From: an uncultured bacterium
GTDB lineage: Bacteria; Vulcanimicrobiota; Xenobia; Xenobiales; Xenobiaceae
Assembly: GCA_934644775.1 (NCBI GenBank)
Contig: CAKUDB010000001.1
Span: 36,441 to 100,440, forward strand
Length of the DNA stretch: 64,000 bases
Reading direction: 5' to 3'
Positions 50,688 through 61,503 of the stretch are shown piece by piece; position 1 is the first letter of the stretch; every line of letters starts with the position of its first letter. A program made the position numbers and the translations under genes. The notes beneath the pieces are model-generated. The model was not told the DNA's origin, did no database searches, and saw only the letters and a list, made by a program, of their open reading frames with translations.

Positions 50688-50900
50688 ATGAAGCTGAAAG
50701 AAGAACGCGCTGGCTTGAGGAAGCTGGGTTTGGCTGTTCTCCGTGGACGTTTAGTAGATGCCAAGCAAGAGTTGTTTAACCTCCGCTTTCAATTGGCTAC
50801 GGGTCATTTGCAGGATGTCTCTCGGGTAGGTCAAGTGAAAAAGCAAATCGCTAGGATTCACACCGTCATCCGTGAGCTCGAGCTTAAGGAGAGCAAGTAA
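50688..50900 (+). CDS. rpmC: 50S ribosomal protein L29
   Basis: Position and size (70 aa). Confidence 0.85.
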   Translation: MKLKEERAGLRKLGLAVLRGRLVDAKQELFNLRFQLATGHLQDVSRVGQVKKQIARIHTVIRELELKESK

Positions 50901-51160
50901 TGAACGAAGAACGCGGAATCCGCAAAGTAAGAATTGGCGAAGTTGTTAGTAACGCTGGCGATAAGACCATCGTCGTAAAAGTTACCCGTCAGTTCGCCCA
51001 CCCCATTTATAAGAAGTTCATCCATAAGAGCAAGAAGTTCCACGCTCATGATGAGAATAACGAGTGCGGCAAAGGCGATATCGTAAAGATTCAGGAAACC
51101 AGACCCTATTCCAAGATGAAGTGCTGGCGTTTGGTGGAAATCGTCGAGAAAGCCCGTTAG
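50900..51160 (+). CDS. rpsQ: 30S ribosomal protein S17
   Basis: Position. ...[19 protein letters not shown].... Confidence 0.9.
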   Translation: MNEERGIRKVRIGEVVSNAGDKTIVVKVTRQFAHPIYKKFIHKSKKFHAHDENNECGKGDIVKIQETRPYSKMKCWRLVEIVEKAR

Positions 51161-51243
51161 TATTTTCTGACTTTTTTTTGCTAATACGGCGGAACGCCCG
51201 GCTATGGGGATTGCGCCGTGCAGAGAATTAAAGGAGTAACACA

Positions 51244-51612
51244 ATGATCCAGCAGGAGAGCAGGCTCAGAGTCGCTGACAATTCCGGCGCACGCGAGCTC
51301 CTCTGTATCCGAGTTCTCGGTGGCTCTACAACTACTTATGCAAGTGTTGGCGACATCATCGTAGCAACCGTAAAGCAGGCACAGCCTGGAGCAGCCATTA
51401 AGAAAGGCGACGTGGTCAAAGCCGTAGTGGTTCGTGTCAAGAAACCCATCCGTCGTCCCGATGGTTCCTATATTAGATTTGACGAGAATGCGGCTGTCGT
51501 GATCAAAGAAGATCTTAATCCCCGCGGCACTCGTATCTTTGGGCCGGTAGCTCGTGAGCTTCGTGAACGCGAATTCATGAAGATTGTGTCCTTAGCGCCC
51601 GAGGTATTGTAA
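51244..51612 (+). CDS. rplN: 50S ribosomal protein L14
   Basis: [28 protein letters not shown]. Confidence 0.95.
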   Translation: MIQQESRLRVADNSGARELLCIRVLGGSTTTYASVGDIIVATVKQAQPGAAIKKGDVVKAVVVRVKKPIRRPDGSYIRFDENAAVVIKEDLNPRGTRIFGPVARELREREFMKIVSLAPEVL

Positions 51613-51630
51613 GTTTTTAAGGAGTTAATA

Positions 51631-51945
51631 ATGGCTCACGTAAAGAAAGATGACGAAGTAGTCGTCCTTTGCGGCAAGTACGCCGACAAGCGCGGCAAGG
51701 TTCTCGAAGTGAACCCCAAGGACAAAAAAGTGACCGTCGATGGCGTCAACATTGTAAAGCGCCACATGAAGGCCCGTCCTCCGCGTTTTCCCCAGGGCAC
51801 TATCGTAGAGAAGGCTCTGCCTATCCACATTAGCAACGTTATGTTGGTGTGCCCCAAGTGCGGTAAGCCCACTCGCCCCGCCGTAGTAATCGACGCTGAC
51901 AAGTGCAAACATCGCGTTTGCCGCAAATGTCACGAACAGTTTTAG
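51631..51945 (+). CDS. rplX: 50S ribosomal protein L24 (C-terminal tail replaced by a Cys4 zinc-ribbon-like segment)
   Basis: KOW region [25 protein letters not shown]-terminus [27 protein letters not shown]. Confidence 0.9.
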   Translation: MAHVKKDDEVVVLCGKYADKRGKVLEVNPKDKKVTVDGVNIVKRHMKARPPRFPQGTIVEKALPIHISNVMLVCPKCGKPTRPAVVIDADKCKHRVCRKCHEQF

Positions 51946-52047
51946 CGTATCTGGCGGCCGACTTGAGGCTAAGTAAATACTCAGGTCGGTCGACAAGTAC
52001 AGTCTAGCAACCGTGGGTCGGAAATCCACGGGAAGAGGAGAATCCAA

Positions 52048-52668
52048 GTGGCCAAACAAGGAAAAGCCCCTTCTGCTCCCAAGAAAAAGAAGGAAGAGTT
52101 CGCTGCCGGCGGTCGTCCCCCAGTAGCCAACATTAAGCTCAAGAAGAGCTACCAGGAAGAGATTATTCCTGCTCTTAAAAAAGAATTTAACTACACCAAC
52201 CCTATGCGTATTCCTCGCTTAGTCAAAGTCGTGGTGAATATGGGCGTAGGTGAAGCGATTGCCAATCCGAAGTCTCTCGAAGGTGCCGTATCCGATATGC
52301 GCGCCATTACTGGCCAGGCTCCGGTTATCACTAAGGCTCGCAAGTCTATTTCTAACTTCAAACTTCGTGAAGGCGCCAAAATTGGTTGCAAAGTCACTCT
52401 GCGCGGCGACATTATGTGGGCTTTCTTAGAGAAAGTTTTCAATGTAGTCCTTCCTCGTATTAGAGACTTCCAGGGCATTTCTCCCAAGTCTTTCGATGGT
52501 CGCGGCAACTACACGTTCGGCCTTAAAGAACAGATCATTTTCCCGGAAATTGATTATGATAAGGTCGACAAAGTTCGCGGTATGGACATCTGCGTTGTCA
52601 CCACAGCTCAGACCGACAAAGAGGGATTTGCTTTACTGCGCGCCCTCGGTTGCCCGTTCCGTCAGTAA
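52048..52668 (+). CDS. rplE: 50S ribosomal protein L5 (about 27-aa Lys-rich N-terminal extension)
   Basis: GTG start. ...[24 protein letters not shown].... Confidence 0.9.
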   Translation: MAKQGKAPSAPKKKKEEFAAGGRPPVANIKLKKSYQEEIIPALKKEFNYTNPMRIPRLVKVVVNMGVGEAIANPKSLEGAVSDMRAITGQAPVITKARKSISNFKLREGAKIGCKVTLRGDIMWAFLEKVFNVVLPRIRDFQGISPKSFDGRGNYTFGLKEQIIFPEIDYDKVDKVRGMDICVVTTAQTDKEGFALLRALGCPFRQ

Positions 52669-52686
52669 TTTTTTGGAGGAAGTTTA

Positions 52687-52872
52687 ATGGCTACCACAGC
52701 ACAAGAAGTAAAAGCTGCCAGAACACCCAAGTTCAAAGTTCGCGCTGTTAATCGTTGCAAACTTTGCGGTCGTCCTCGCGCTTACTTCCGTAAATTCGGA
52801 CTTTGCCGTATTTGCTTCAGAGAGCGTGCCCACTTGGGCCAGATCCCCGGCGTCACCAAGTCCAGTTGGTAA
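52687..52872 (+). CDS. rpsN: 30S ribosomal protein S14, type Z (zinc-binding, 61 aa)
   Basis: [23 protein letters not shown]. Confidence 0.95.
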   Translation: MATTAQEVKAARTPKFKVRAVNRCKLCGRPRAYFRKFGLCRICFRERAHLGQIPGVTKSSW

Positions 52873-52955
52873 GATTTTTTCGTTGCGCTTATTGAATAGC
52901 GCGCCGTCTCCGGAGGGATTGCCGGATTCGGCTTTATATACAGGGAGGAAAAGAA

Positions 52956-53354
52956 ATGCCCACCACTGATCCCATTGCCGATATGCTCACACGTATTCGG
53001 AACGCTAACACAGCCGTTCACGAGCAGGTGGACATTCCGGCTTCCAAGCTCAAAGAGCAGATCGCCAAAGTCCTTTTGCGTGAAGGTTACATCGCTAGTT
53101 ATCAAGTCGCTTCTACTGGCGTACAGGGCGTGATCCATATCAAATTGAAGTACGGCCCCGAAAATGAGGCTGTTATCAACGGCATTAAGCGTATCAGCCG
53201 TCCTGGTTTGAGGGTGTATGTCGGAGCTAACGAAATCCCCCGTATTTATGGCGGTTTAGGTACCGTAGTTATGTCTACTCCTAAGGGCGTCATTACTGGT
53301 AAGCAGGCTCGTAAACTTGGAGTCGGCGGTGAAGTTCTCGCCTACGTTTGGTAG
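52956..53354 (+). CDS. rpsH: 30S ribosomal protein S8
   Basis: [17 protein letters not shown]. Confidence 0.95.
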   Translation: MPTTDPIADMLTRIRNANTAVHEQVDIPASKLKEQIAKVLLREGYIASYQVASTGVQGVIHIKLKYGPENEAVINGIKRISRPGLRVYVGANEIPRIYGGLGTVVMSTPKGVITGKQARKLGVGGEVLAYVW

Positions 53355-53403
53355 GTAATTACTGCGCGGCAGTGCCAAGACAAGTACTGCAGGAGGAATA
53401 GTC

Positions 53404-53964
53404 ATGTCCAGAATTGGCAAAACACCCATCGTACTTCCCAAGGGTGTAGAAGTGCATGTTGAGCCCGGACAGGTTCGCGTAAAAGGACCCAAAGGCGAGC
53501 TCACTCAGGCCATTAGCGATAAATTGGAAGTTCGGGTGGAGGGAGATCATATTTTGGTCGTCCGTCCCAATGATGAGCGCGAAACCAAAGCCCAGCACGG
53601 CTTAGCCCGCACTCTCATTAGTAATATGGTTATCGGCGTAACTCAGGGTTACAAAGTATCCTTAGATATTATCGGCGTCGGCTACCGCGCTGCTAAGTCC
53701 GGCAAAGGTCTGACCCTTAACTTAGGTTACTCCCATCCCATTGAAGTCGCCCCCATCGAAGGTATCGAGTTTGATATCGAGTCTGACGCTCGTACTAAGC
53801 TGAATCGCATTCACGTTATGGGTGCTGATAAACAGCAAGTCGGACAAGTAGCTGCTAATATTCGTGAATTTAGAAGTCCCGAGCCCTACAAGGGCAAAGG
53901 TATTCGTTACGTAAACGAAGTTGTGATTCGCAAGGCTGGTAAGGCCGGAAAGACTGGTAAATAA
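53404..53964 (+). CDS. rplF: 50S ribosomal protein L6
   Basis: MSRIGKTPIVLPKGVEV. Confidence 0.95.
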   Translation: MSRIGKTPIVLPKGVEVHVEPGQVRVKGPKGELTQAISDKLEVRVEGDHILVVRPNDERETKAQHGLARTLISNMVIGVTQGYKVSLDIIGVGYRAAKSGKGLTLNLGYSHPIEVAPIEGIEFDIESDARTKLNRIHVMGADKQQVGQVAANIREFRSPEPYKGKGIRYVNEVVIRKAGKAGKTGK

Positions 53965-53967
53965 GCT

Positions 53968-54330
53968 ATGAGTAATAATGTTTCTCGTAACGTTTTGCGC
54001 CAGCGTCGCCATGCTCGTATTCGCAAGAATGTCAGCGGTACAGCTGAGTATCCCCGCTTGGCAGTTTTCCGCTCCAGCAGGCACGTTTACGCTCAAGTAA
54101 TTGATGACCAAGCTGGTCACACCCTCGTATCTGCCAGCTCTTTAGATAAGACGCTGCGCGGCGAGAAAGTATCCCCCACTGAGATGGCCAAGCGTGTAGG
54201 TATGCTTTGCGCCCAGAGAGCTCAGGAAAAGGGAATCAATAGTGTCGTCTTCGATCGTGGCGGCTACCAGTTCCATGGACGTGTGGCAGCCTTGGCAGAA
54301 GGTGCTCGCGAGCAGGGCTTAGAGTTCTAA
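53968..54330 (+). CDS. rplR: 50S ribosomal protein L18
   Basis: Position. ...[18 protein letters not shown].... Confidence 0.95.
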   Translation: MSNNVSRNVLRQRRHARIRKNVSGTAEYPRLAVFRSSRHVYAQVIDDQAGHTLVSASSLDKTLRGEKVSPTEMAKRVGMLCAQRAQEKGINSVVFDRGGYQFHGRVAALAEGAREQGLEF

Positions 54331-54383
54331 GCTCAACTGAAGAGACTTTTCCATAGGCGCATTGCCTACATCAGGAGGAAAAT

Positions 54384-54959
54384 ATGAGGAACCGCATCGA
54401 TCCCGCTGGGCTCGACCTCAGTAAAGAAGTTGTTGTACAAGTCAAACGTGTGTCGAAGGTTGTGAAGGGCGGTAAGCGCTTCGGTTTCGCCGCGTTGGTA
54501 GTAGTTGGCGACGGTCAGGGCGTCGTAGGCGTTGGCATTGGCAAGGCCAGTGACAACACCGACGCTATTCGCAAGGGTAACGAAGAGGCTCGCAAGAACC
54601 TTATCCGCGTGCCTTTGATGGGAACTACCATTCCTCACCCCGTCAATTCTTTCTACGGAGCCGCTAACGTAGTGTTGCGTCCAGCCGCTCCCGGTACCGG
54701 TGTTATCGCCGGTTCCGCCGTCCGCGCTGTAGTAGAGTGCGCCGGCATTGAGAATATTGTTACTAAGTCGATTGGTTCTGCCAACAAGATCAATATCGTC
54801 TATTCTACCATGAAAGGGTTGGCTTCTCTCTTCAACGCCGATCAAGTTGCCCGCAACCGTGGTAAGGAAGTCGTCGAGTTAGTCGGTAAGAAAGCTGCTG
54901 CCGAGTTGGAGCAGAGCGCCCATCGCGTACAAAATACAGAAGAGGCTCAAGCCGAGTAA
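54384..54959 (+). CDS. rpsE: 30S ribosomal protein S5 (about 20-aa C-terminal extension)
   Basis: ...[29 protein letters not shown].... Confidence 0.95.
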   Translation: MRNRIDPAGLDLSKEVVVQVKRVSKVVKGGKRFGFAALVVVGDGQGVVGVGIGKASDNTDAIRKGNEEARKNLIRVPLMGTTIPHPVNSFYGAANVVLRPAAPGTGVIAGSAVRAVVECAGIENIVTKSIGSANKINIVYSTMKGLASLFNADQVARNRGKEVVELVGKKAAAELEQSAHRVQNTEEAQAE

Positions 54960-55125
54960 AAATTAATCGGGCGTCCTTAGGGTCGCTCGACTTTATTTTT
55001 GCGACACCGTAAAGTTGCTCATTCTCAAAATGGGCAATTTTCATACTATGATGAAATAAAAGTTATGACTCTTCCCTGAGCTTTTGAGCTTAGTTTGGCT
55101 TAGGGAAGAGCATACGGAGGAAACA

Positions 55126-55578
55126 ATGAATAATATGCGTTCTAACAGCATCGCTCCCAATTCCGGCGCTCGCCGTTCCCGCAAGCGCGTTGCCCGCGGC
55201 CATGGTTGCGGCAGTGTCAAGACAGCCGGTCGCGGCTCTAACGGTCAGGGCTCCCGCTCCGGCGGTTTGAAGGCCCCCGGTTTCGAAGGTGGTCAAACCC
55301 CTTGGTATCGCAGACTTCCTAAGTTCCGCGGTTTCAAAAATCCTTTCCGTGTCGTCTTTACTGAGATTTCCGTCGGCAGCTTAGAGCGCTTCGAAGATGG
55401 TGCCACCGTAGATCCTTTAGCTTTGCTCAGCGTCGGCTTAGTTAAGAATCTTAACAACCCCATTAAAGTTTTGGGCAATGGCAGCCTCACCAAGAAGCTC
55501 ACTGTTCAGCTTCACGCTTTCACCGCTTCTTCTAAAGAAGCCATCACTAAAGTAGGCGGAACGGTAGAGGAAATCTAG
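55126..55578 (+). CDS. rplO: 50S ribosomal protein L15 (directly after rpsE; no rpmD/L30 gene in the 166-nt gap)
   Basis: Trimmed to ATG with ggagga RBS. ...GRGSNGQGSRSGG.... Confidence 0.95.
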   Translation: MNNMRSNSIAPNSGARRSRKRVARGHGCGSVKTAGRGSNGQGSRSGGLKAPGFEGGQTPWYRRLPKFRGFKNPFRVVFTEISVGSLERFEDGATVDPLALLSVGLVKNLNNPIKVLGNGSLTKKLTVQLHAFTASSKEAITKVGGTVEEI

Positions 55579-55580
55579 AA

Positions 55581-56894
55581 GTGGCCAGTTCTTTTGCAGA
55601 TGCGTTAAAGTCGGACGATCTCCGCAGCCGCTTGGCCTGGGTATTTATCGGCCTGGCTATCTTTGTTCTAACTGTACATATCGGTATGCCCGGCGTAAAC
55701 AAAGACGTGTGGAACGCACTGCTGAACAAAGGTGAGCTGTTTCGCTTCCTGGGTATGTTCACCGGTGGTGCGTTAAATAACTTCTCTGTCGCTGCTATGG
55801 GTATTACCCCATACATTAACGCCTCCATTATTATGCAGCTTCTGACTGTGGTTTTGCCTCAGCTCAAGGATTTGCAAAAAGAGGGAGGAGAACAGGGACG
55901 CAAACAGATTGGCGCTTATACCAGACAACTTACTCTGGGATTGGCCGTTCTGCAGGCTCTGTTCATGACCGTGGCTTTAGCTCGCTACAGCGGTAGTGGA
56001 GGCGGCGTCTTCACTATGACCGGTTTCGGCTTCTACGTTATGGTCATTATCGCTCTCGTTACTGGCACGATGTTTTTAATGTGGCTGGGCGAGCTTATGA
56101 CCGATAAGGGCATAGGCAACGGCGTCTCCATGATCATCTTTGGCGGTATCGTTTTGCGCTTCCCCAGCTACGTAATGGATAGTTTGAACGTGGCTAACGT
56201 CCAGGGAGCCGCCTATGTAATCTCTTTGGTCATCTTCTTCTTGATTTTGATCGCCTTGGTGGCGGGTATTGTCTATATCCACTTAGGTATTCGCAAGATC
56301 CCTATCCAGTATCCCAGACGTCAAGTCGGTACAAAAATGTATGGTGGTCACTCCAGTTATTTACCTATCCGTGTGAATAATGCCGGCGTAATTTCTATCA
56401 TTTTTGCTATCTCTATTATGTATATGCCCAATACTGTGGCTCAGATTATGAGTTTAGTGTGGGGCAACAGTCATCCCGGGGTAGCAGCTTTGGCTACTAA
56501 TATCGAGACGATCTTTGCTCCTCGCGGCATCTTCTACAACCTGTGCTACGCCGCTTTGGTCATATTCTTCACTTACTTCTATTCAGCCATCACCTTCAAC
56601 GTCAACGATGTAGCCGACAACTTGAAAAAGTCCGGCGGTTTCGTACCTGGTATTCGTCCTGGTCGTCCTACTGCCGAATATCTCGAGAAAGTCTTCTCCA
56701 GAACTACTTTCATTTCGGCCATCTTCTTGGCTCTGTTGGCTGTAGCTCCCACCTACATTATGCAGCTTACTAAAGTGAATACTTTCTTCTTAGGATCCAC
56801 TTCTTTGCTCATTATCGTAGGTGTAGCTTTAGATGCTATGCAGCAGATTCAAGCTCGCTTGACTATGCGTAAGTATCAAGGCTTTATGAAATAA
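55581..56894 (+). CDS. secY: Preprotein translocase subunit SecY
   Basis: GTG start. 10-TM profile. ...GITPYINASIIMQLL.... Confidence 0.95.
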   Translation: MASSFADALKSDDLRSRLAWVFIGLAIFVLTVHIGMPGVNKDVWNALLNKGELFRFLGMFTGGALNNFSVAAMGITPYINASIIMQLLTVVLPQLKDLQKEGGEQGRKQIGAYTRQLTLGLAVLQALFMTVALARYSGSGGGVFTMTGFGFYVMVIIALVTGTMFLMWLGELMTDKGIGNGVSMIIFGGIVLRFPSYVMDSLNVANVQGAAYVISLVIFFLILIALVAGIVYIHLGIRKIPIQYPRRQVGTKMYGGHSSYLPIRVNNAGVISIIFAISIMYMPNTVAQIMSLVWGNSHPGVAALATNIETIFAPRGIFYNLCYAALVIFFTYFYSAITFNVNDVADNLKKSGGFVPGIRPGRPTAEYLEKVFSRTTFISAIFLALLAVAPTYIMQLTKVNTFFLGSTSLLIIVGVALDAMQQIQARLTMRKYQGFMK

Positions 56895-56926
56895 GCTAGA
56901 AAAGCTTCCCCGCTTTTGAAGTAAAT

Positions 56927-56966
56927 AACCCGCTCGATCTAGAAGGTCAGGCGGGTTATATTTTTT
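56927..56966 (+). terminator. Terminator-like hairpin after secY
   Basis: aacccgc-N17-gcgggtt-atatttttt. Confidence 0.45.
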
Positions 56967-56983
56967 AAGGAGATTGTTTGGCT

Positions 56984-57637
56984 ATGCGCTGTGTATTAGT
57001 AGGCCCTCCCGGCTGTGGCAAAGGTACTCTTTCCAGCTACATTATTTCCAAATATGGAGTCACCCATATTTCTACTGGAGATATTTTCCGCGAGCATCGT
57101 GCTTCCCAAAGTGAATTTGGCAAAAAGATCGCCTCTTATATCGATAAAGGCGAGTTAGTCCCAGACGAATTGGTATTAGATATAGTTTTTGATCGCTTAC
57201 AGAAGCCCGATTGTGAAAAAGGCTTTATCTTTGACGGCTTCCCTCGCACTGTAGCTCAGGCCGAAGCTTTGCAAGAGCGTTTGGAAAAGGCAGGCAAACC
57301 TTTAGATGCGGTCGTGGCCTTTAATGTGCCCGACAGTGTGTTGGTCGATCGCTTAGTTACTCGTCGCGTTTGCCCCTCTTGTAACGCCGTTTACAATATT
57401 AAGAATCGTCCTCCCAAGGAAGACAATATTTGTGATCTTTGTCATCATGAATTGGTGCATAGAGCCGACGATCACGAAGAGGTTATAGCCTCTCGCCTGA
57501 AGGTCTATCGCGACTCTACCGCTCCTTTGCTCGACTATTATGCTGATAAAGGATTATTAGTTACTTTAGATGGCAGCCACGGTAGAGCCGATACAGAAAG
57601 ACAATTTACGGCTATGGTCGAAGCCAAAGGCCTTTAG
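56984..57637 (+). CDS. adk: Adenylate kinase (Cys4 zinc lid)
   Basis: MRCVLVGPPGCGKGT. Lid CPSCNAVYN...CDLC. The track start at 56978 is a TTG 2 codons upstream. Confidence 0.95.
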   Translation: MRCVLVGPPGCGKGTLSSYIISKYGVTHISTGDIFREHRASQSEFGKKIASYIDKGELVPDELVLDIVFDRLQKPDCEKGFIFDGFPRTVAQAEALQERLEKAGKPLDAVVAFNVPDSVLVDRLVTRRVCPSCNAVYNIKNRPPKEDNICDLCHHELVHRADDHEEVIASRLKVYRDSTAPLLDYYADKGLLVTLDGSHGRADTERQFTAMVEAKGL

Positions 57638-57659
57638 TCTCTATACTTTTCTTTTAAGT

Positions 57660-57709
57660 AGTTGCTGGCCGCCGTTTCTTTTATCTTTCTGGCGGCAAGC
57701 AACTTTTTG
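57660..57709 (+). terminator. Strong rho-independent terminator between adk and map
   Basis: agttgctggccgcc-N17-ggcggcaagcaact-ttttt. Stem 14 bp with 1 mismatch. Confidence 0.6.
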
Positions 57710-57720
57710 GGAGTCTAAAT

Positions 57721-58488
57721 ATGCGTATTTATGAAAAAGTAAAAATAAAAACCCCGCATGAAATCGAGCTTATGAAAGCTTCCGGCAATGTTTTGAGCGC
57801 TTGCCACGATATGCTGGCTGCCCATTGTAAGCCTGGTATCACCACTAAAGAGTTGGATAAACTGGCTGAAGATTTTATTCGCAGCCATGGGGGAATACCC
57901 ACTTTTCTTGGATACGGAGGCTTCCCCGGTACTTGTTGTATCTCTGTCAATGACGAAGTCGTCCATGGTATTCCCGGCCCCAGAGTTATTAGAGAAGGGG
58001 ATATAGTTTCTATCGATTGTGGTGTCACCCTTAAAGGTTGGGTTTCCGACTCGGCCCGAACTCATATTGTGGGAGAGGTTCCCCCTGAAGTGCGCCGCTT
58101 AGTCGACGTTACAAAAGAGTGTCTCTATTTAGGTATCGCCCAAGCTAAGCCGGGTAACTTTATTCGCGATATAGGTGTAGCTGTCCAACAACACGCCGAG
58201 AAGAACGGCTTTGGAGTAGTGCGTATTTTAGTTGGCCACGGAGTCGGTCGTCAAATGCACGAGCCGCCGCAAGTTCCCAACTATGATACCCGCCTTAAAG
58301 GGCCGCAATTAAAAGAAGGTATGGTTATCGCTATTGAGCCTATGATTAACCTTGGCACTTATAAGGTGTTCCAGTTAGACGACGGTTGGACTTATGTCAC
58401 CGCCGATCGCCAGCCTTCAGCCCACTTTGAGCATACGGTAGCTATTACTTCTGGAGAGGCTAAAATCTTAACTGACGGTATTGACTAG
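57721..58488 (+). CDS. map: Methionine aminopeptidase type I
   Basis: ...HGIP...DIVSIDCG...HGVGRQMHE.... Confidence 0.95.
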   Translation: MRIYEKVKIKTPHEIELMKASGNVLSACHDMLAAHCKPGITTKELDKLAEDFIRSHGGIPTFLGYGGFPGTCCISVNDEVVHGIPGPRVIREGDIVSIDCGVTLKGWVSDSARTHIVGEVPPEVRRLVDVTKECLYLGIAQAKPGNFIRDIGVAVQQHAEKNGFGVVRILVGHGVGRQMHEPPQVPNYDTRLKGPQLKEGMVIAIEPMINLGTYKVFQLDDGWTYVTADRQPSAHFEHTVAITSGEAKILTDGID

Positions 58489-58734
58489 GCAAAACTCTTG
58501 TAGTAGAATGTCAAGGCATTGTTCCGACCCTTTTTATAAAGGCTCTGTAGCTAGAGTCTAAGGCTGCTAGGGTATGCCTCCGTTTCAGGCGGGAAGGATG
58601 CGACGTTGTTTTTACGGGTTTTTATTTTTTAACGAATGATCGCAAGATCACTATTGATAATCTTAAGGTCGGCTTGCTAGGTTAAAAAGTTCTTCTTAGT
58701 GGCCTCACCAACGAGATATCTGGAGGAACGAGTT

Positions 58735-58848
58735 ATGAAGGTAAAGCCTTCTGTGCGCGTACGTTGTGAGAAATGCCGCGTTATTACGCGCAAAGGACGG
58801 GTTAGGATAATCTGCACCAACCCTAAACACAAGCAGGTCCAGGGATAG
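58735..58848 (+). CDS. rpmJ: 50S ribosomal protein L36 (37 aa; below ORF-track size cutoff)
   Basis: atgaaggtaaag... translates to [40 protein letters not shown] ggaggaa sits upstream. No infA lies between map and rpmJ. Confidence 0.9.
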   Translation: MKVKPSVRVRCEKCRVITRKGRVRIICTNPKHKQVQG

Positions 58849-58861
58849 GAGGAATCGATTC

Positions 58862-59233
58862 GTGGCCAGAATCGCCGGCGTCGATTTGCCAAGAGATAAG
58901 GGTATCGGAATTGCTCTTACATATATTTTTGGTATAGGACGCACCACAGCCAATCAAATTATTGAAGAAGTGGGTATCGACCCGCTCATGCGCGTTCGTG
59001 ACGTCTCCGAAGATGTAGTTACTCGTCTTCGTGAAATCATCGAACATAAACACAAGGTGGAGGGGGACCTTCGCCGCGAGATTACCCAGAACATTAAACG
59101 ACTCATGGATATCGGTTGCTATCGTGGTGTCCGTCATCGTCGTAGTCTTCCTGTACGCGGTCAGCGTACTAAGACTAATGCTCGCACCCGTAAAGGGCCT
59201 AAGCGCACCGTTGGTCGCAGCAAGAAAGCGTAG
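58862..59233 (+). CDS. rpsM: 30S ribosomal protein S13
   Basis: GTG start. [13 protein letters not shown]. Confidence 0.95.
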   Translation: MARIAGVDLPRDKGIGIALTYIFGIGRTTANQIIEEVGIDPLMRVRDVSEDVVTRLREIIEHKHKVEGDLRREITQNIKRLMDIGCYRGVRHRRSLPVRGQRTKTNARTRKGPKRTVGRSKKA

Positions 59234-59244
59234 GGTATTAGAAC

Positions 59245-59643
59245 ATGGCTAAAAAGCAGAGCCGCGTTCGTGGTCGCGGTAGAAAAGTTCTGAAGAACGT
59301 GCCCAGTGGTATCGCCCACATCCAGTCCACGTTCAACAACACCATCGTCACCATCACAGATCCAGCTGGAAACGCCTTGTCTTGGTCTACAGCCGGTGCT
59401 CACGGTTTTAAGGGCTCTCGTAAGAGCACTCCCTTCGCCGCCAGCGTCGCTGCCGATAAAGCTGCTCAGATCGCTATCGAGCACGGTATGCGTTCCATTA
59501 AGGTTCATGTGAAGGGACCCGGTCAGGGTCGTGAAGCTGCCATTCGTGCTCTTCAGTCTGCCGGTTTAGAGATTACCCTTATGCGCGATGTTACTCCCAT
59601 TCCGCATAACGGTTGCCGCCCCCCGAAACGTCGCAGAGTATAG
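59245..59643 (+). CDS. rpsK: 30S ribosomal protein S11
   Basis: ...[18 protein letters not shown].... Confidence 0.95.
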   Translation: MAKKQSRVRGRGRKVLKNVPSGIAHIQSTFNNTIVTITDPAGNALSWSTAGAHGFKGSRKSTPFAASVAADKAAQIAIEHGMRSIKVHVKGPGQGREAAIRALQSAGLEITLMRDVTPIPHNGCRPPKRRRV

Positions 59644-59717
59644 TAATTTTCATAGAAGATTGTGCGATTATAAACGCAAGGGTTTTATAGTCGCTCCTAT
59701 TTTTGGAGGAAATATTC

Positions 59718-60353
59718 GTGTCCAGGTATACCGGGCCGGTTTGTAAGTTGTGCCGGCGTGAACAGACTAAGCTGTTCTTAAAAGGGGAGAGATGCCTTAC
59801 TCCTCATTGCGCGTTTGAACGTCGCCCTTTCCCTCCGGGACAGCACGGTTCTAACGTCCGTCGTCGCGCCACTGGCTTTAGCGTCCAGTTGCGTGAAAAG
59901 CAGAAGTTGCGCCGCATCTATGGCGTAACCGAGCGCGTATTTAGAAATTATTTCTCCAAGGCTTCCAAACAAGAAGGCATCACTGGTGACAACTTCTTGT
60001 GCATTTTGGAGCGCCGCCTTGACAGTGTCGTCTACCGCCTTGGATTCACCACTTCCCGCCCTGCTGCCCGCCAGTTAGTTGCCCACGGCAATATCTTGGT
60101 CAATGGCCGCAAGGTAGATATCCCTTCATTCTTAGTAAAACCCGGAATGGTTATCGAACTTCGTGAAAAGATTGCCAACAAGGAATTAAACCAGCAGTCT
60201 ATCGCTTCTGCTCGAGTTCGTAAAGTGCCCGCTTGGTTAGAATTAGATGATGCCAAAGCTCTCGGTAAGGTAGTAGCCTTGCCCACCAGAGCCGATGTTC
60301 CCTTCGAAATTAAAGAGAACGTTATCGTCGAGTACTACAACCGTATGGGTTAG
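59718..60353 (+). CDS. rpsD: 30S ribosomal protein S4 (zinc-type N-terminus)
   Basis: GTG start at 59718 with ggagga 7 nt upstream. The track ATG 59703 sits inside the RBS. VSRYTGPVCKLCRRE. Confidence 0.9.
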   Translation: MSRYTGPVCKLCRREQTKLFLKGERCLTPHCAFERRPFPPGQHGSNVRRRATGFSVQLREKQKLRRIYGVTERVFRNYFSKASKQEGITGDNFLCILERRLDSVVYRLGFTTSRPAARQLVAHGNILVNGRKVDIPSFLVKPGMVIELREKIANKELNQQSIASARVRKVPAWLELDDAKALGKVVALPTRADVPFEIKENVIVEYYNRMG

Positions 60354-60453
60354 TAGCAATCGCTTCGAGGGCGCGTTTTCTCAGGCGGCTTAGTCAGAGA
60401 AAAAGCGCTCTTTGAGTACTATAGAATAGAGCAACTTGATTCGAGGTGTATTG

Positions 60454-61419
60454 ATGCTGGACACAAACATGATGGACGCCGTAGATGAGCGCAATCCTAA
60501 AGCGGAAGTCCGCCAAATCGGCGAAAATCGCTTTATTGTGGAACCCTTAGAACGTGGTTATGGTATCACTCTGGGTAACTCTCTTCGCCGCGTCTTGCTT
60601 TCTTCGCTGATGGGTGCTGCTGTCACTCATATTCACATCGAAGGGGTGCTTCACGAGTTCTCTACTATTCCCGGTGTAAAAGAAGATACTACTGAGATTA
60701 TCCTCAACCTTAAAAAGCTTCGCTTGCGCATTATTGGCGGCGAAGAGAAGGTTCTTCGTATCGAGGCTTCTGGTGTAGGTGAAGTTACGGCTGCCGACAT
60801 CATTGCCGATCCGGAAGTAGAAATTCTCAATCCTGAGCTCAAGATAGCTACGTTGACCGACGAAAAATCACGTTTGGTTATGGATATGTCTGCGTCTTTA
60901 GGCACCGGTTATGTTCCCGCCGAGAAGCAATTCCGTCAGGAGCAACAGAGTATAGGTACTATTCCTATTGACTCTATCTTCAGCCCTGTCGTTAGAGTTA
61001 ATTACGAAGTTCAGGATACTCGTGTTGGGCAGAGAACCGACTATGATCGGTTAGTCTTGGAGGTCGAGACTGACGGTAGTATTAAGCCTTGTGAAGCTGT
61101 GGCCAATGCTGCTGTTATGTTGCAAGAGAGGCTTGATCTCTTCACGCGCTTGCAAGCTCAGACCGAAGGTGTCATAGAACAGGAGCAGTCTCCTGCCGGA
61201 AAAGATGGCACTTGCATCGAAGACCTTGAGCTGTCCGTTCGTTCTCTCAATTGCCTTAAGAGAGCCGGTATTATTTATCTGAGCGATTTGCTCAATTTCA
61301 GTGAGACTCAGCTTATGAAATTGAAGAATTTCGGCCAGAAGTCTCTGGATGAAATTGAGGGCAAGCTTAGCGAGCGTGGCTTATCGCTGCGTCCGAGCAC
61401 TCCCGAAGGGCTCAATTAA
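60454..61419 (+). CDS. rpoA: DNA-directed RNA polymerase alpha subunit
   Basis: ...PLERGYGITLGNSLRRVLLSS.... C-terminal domain ...SVRSLNCLKRAGI.... The start is the ATG at 60454; the TTG at 60436 is less likely. Confidence 0.9.
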   Translation: MLDTNMMDAVDERNPKAEVRQIGENRFIVEPLERGYGITLGNSLRRVLLSSLMGAAVTHIHIEGVLHEFSTIPGVKEDTTEIILNLKKLRLRIIGGEEKVLRIEASGVGEVTAADIIADPEVEILNPELKIATLTDEKSRLVMDMSASLGTGYVPAEKQFRQEQQSIGTIPIDSIFSPVVRVNYEVQDTRVGQRTDYDRLVLEVETDGSIKPCEAVANAAVMLQERLDLFTRLQAQTEGVIEQEQSPAGKDGTCIEDLELSVRSLNCLKRAGIIYLSDLLNFSETQLMKLKNFGQKSLDEIEGKLSERGLSLRPSTPEGLN

Positions 61420-61503
61420 GAGTTCGCGATTCTCTGGCTTGAATTGGCTTCAGTGAATCTGATTATTAAGAATTTTTTGTTTGATATTTAGGAGTATATT
61501 CCA

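Noticed and set aside
58489-58734. Possible degraded infA in the map-rpmJ gap
   Set aside because: No frame gives an IF1-like OB-fold peptide of the KGxVxExLPNxxF type. The region instead contains hairpins and promoter-like hexamers.
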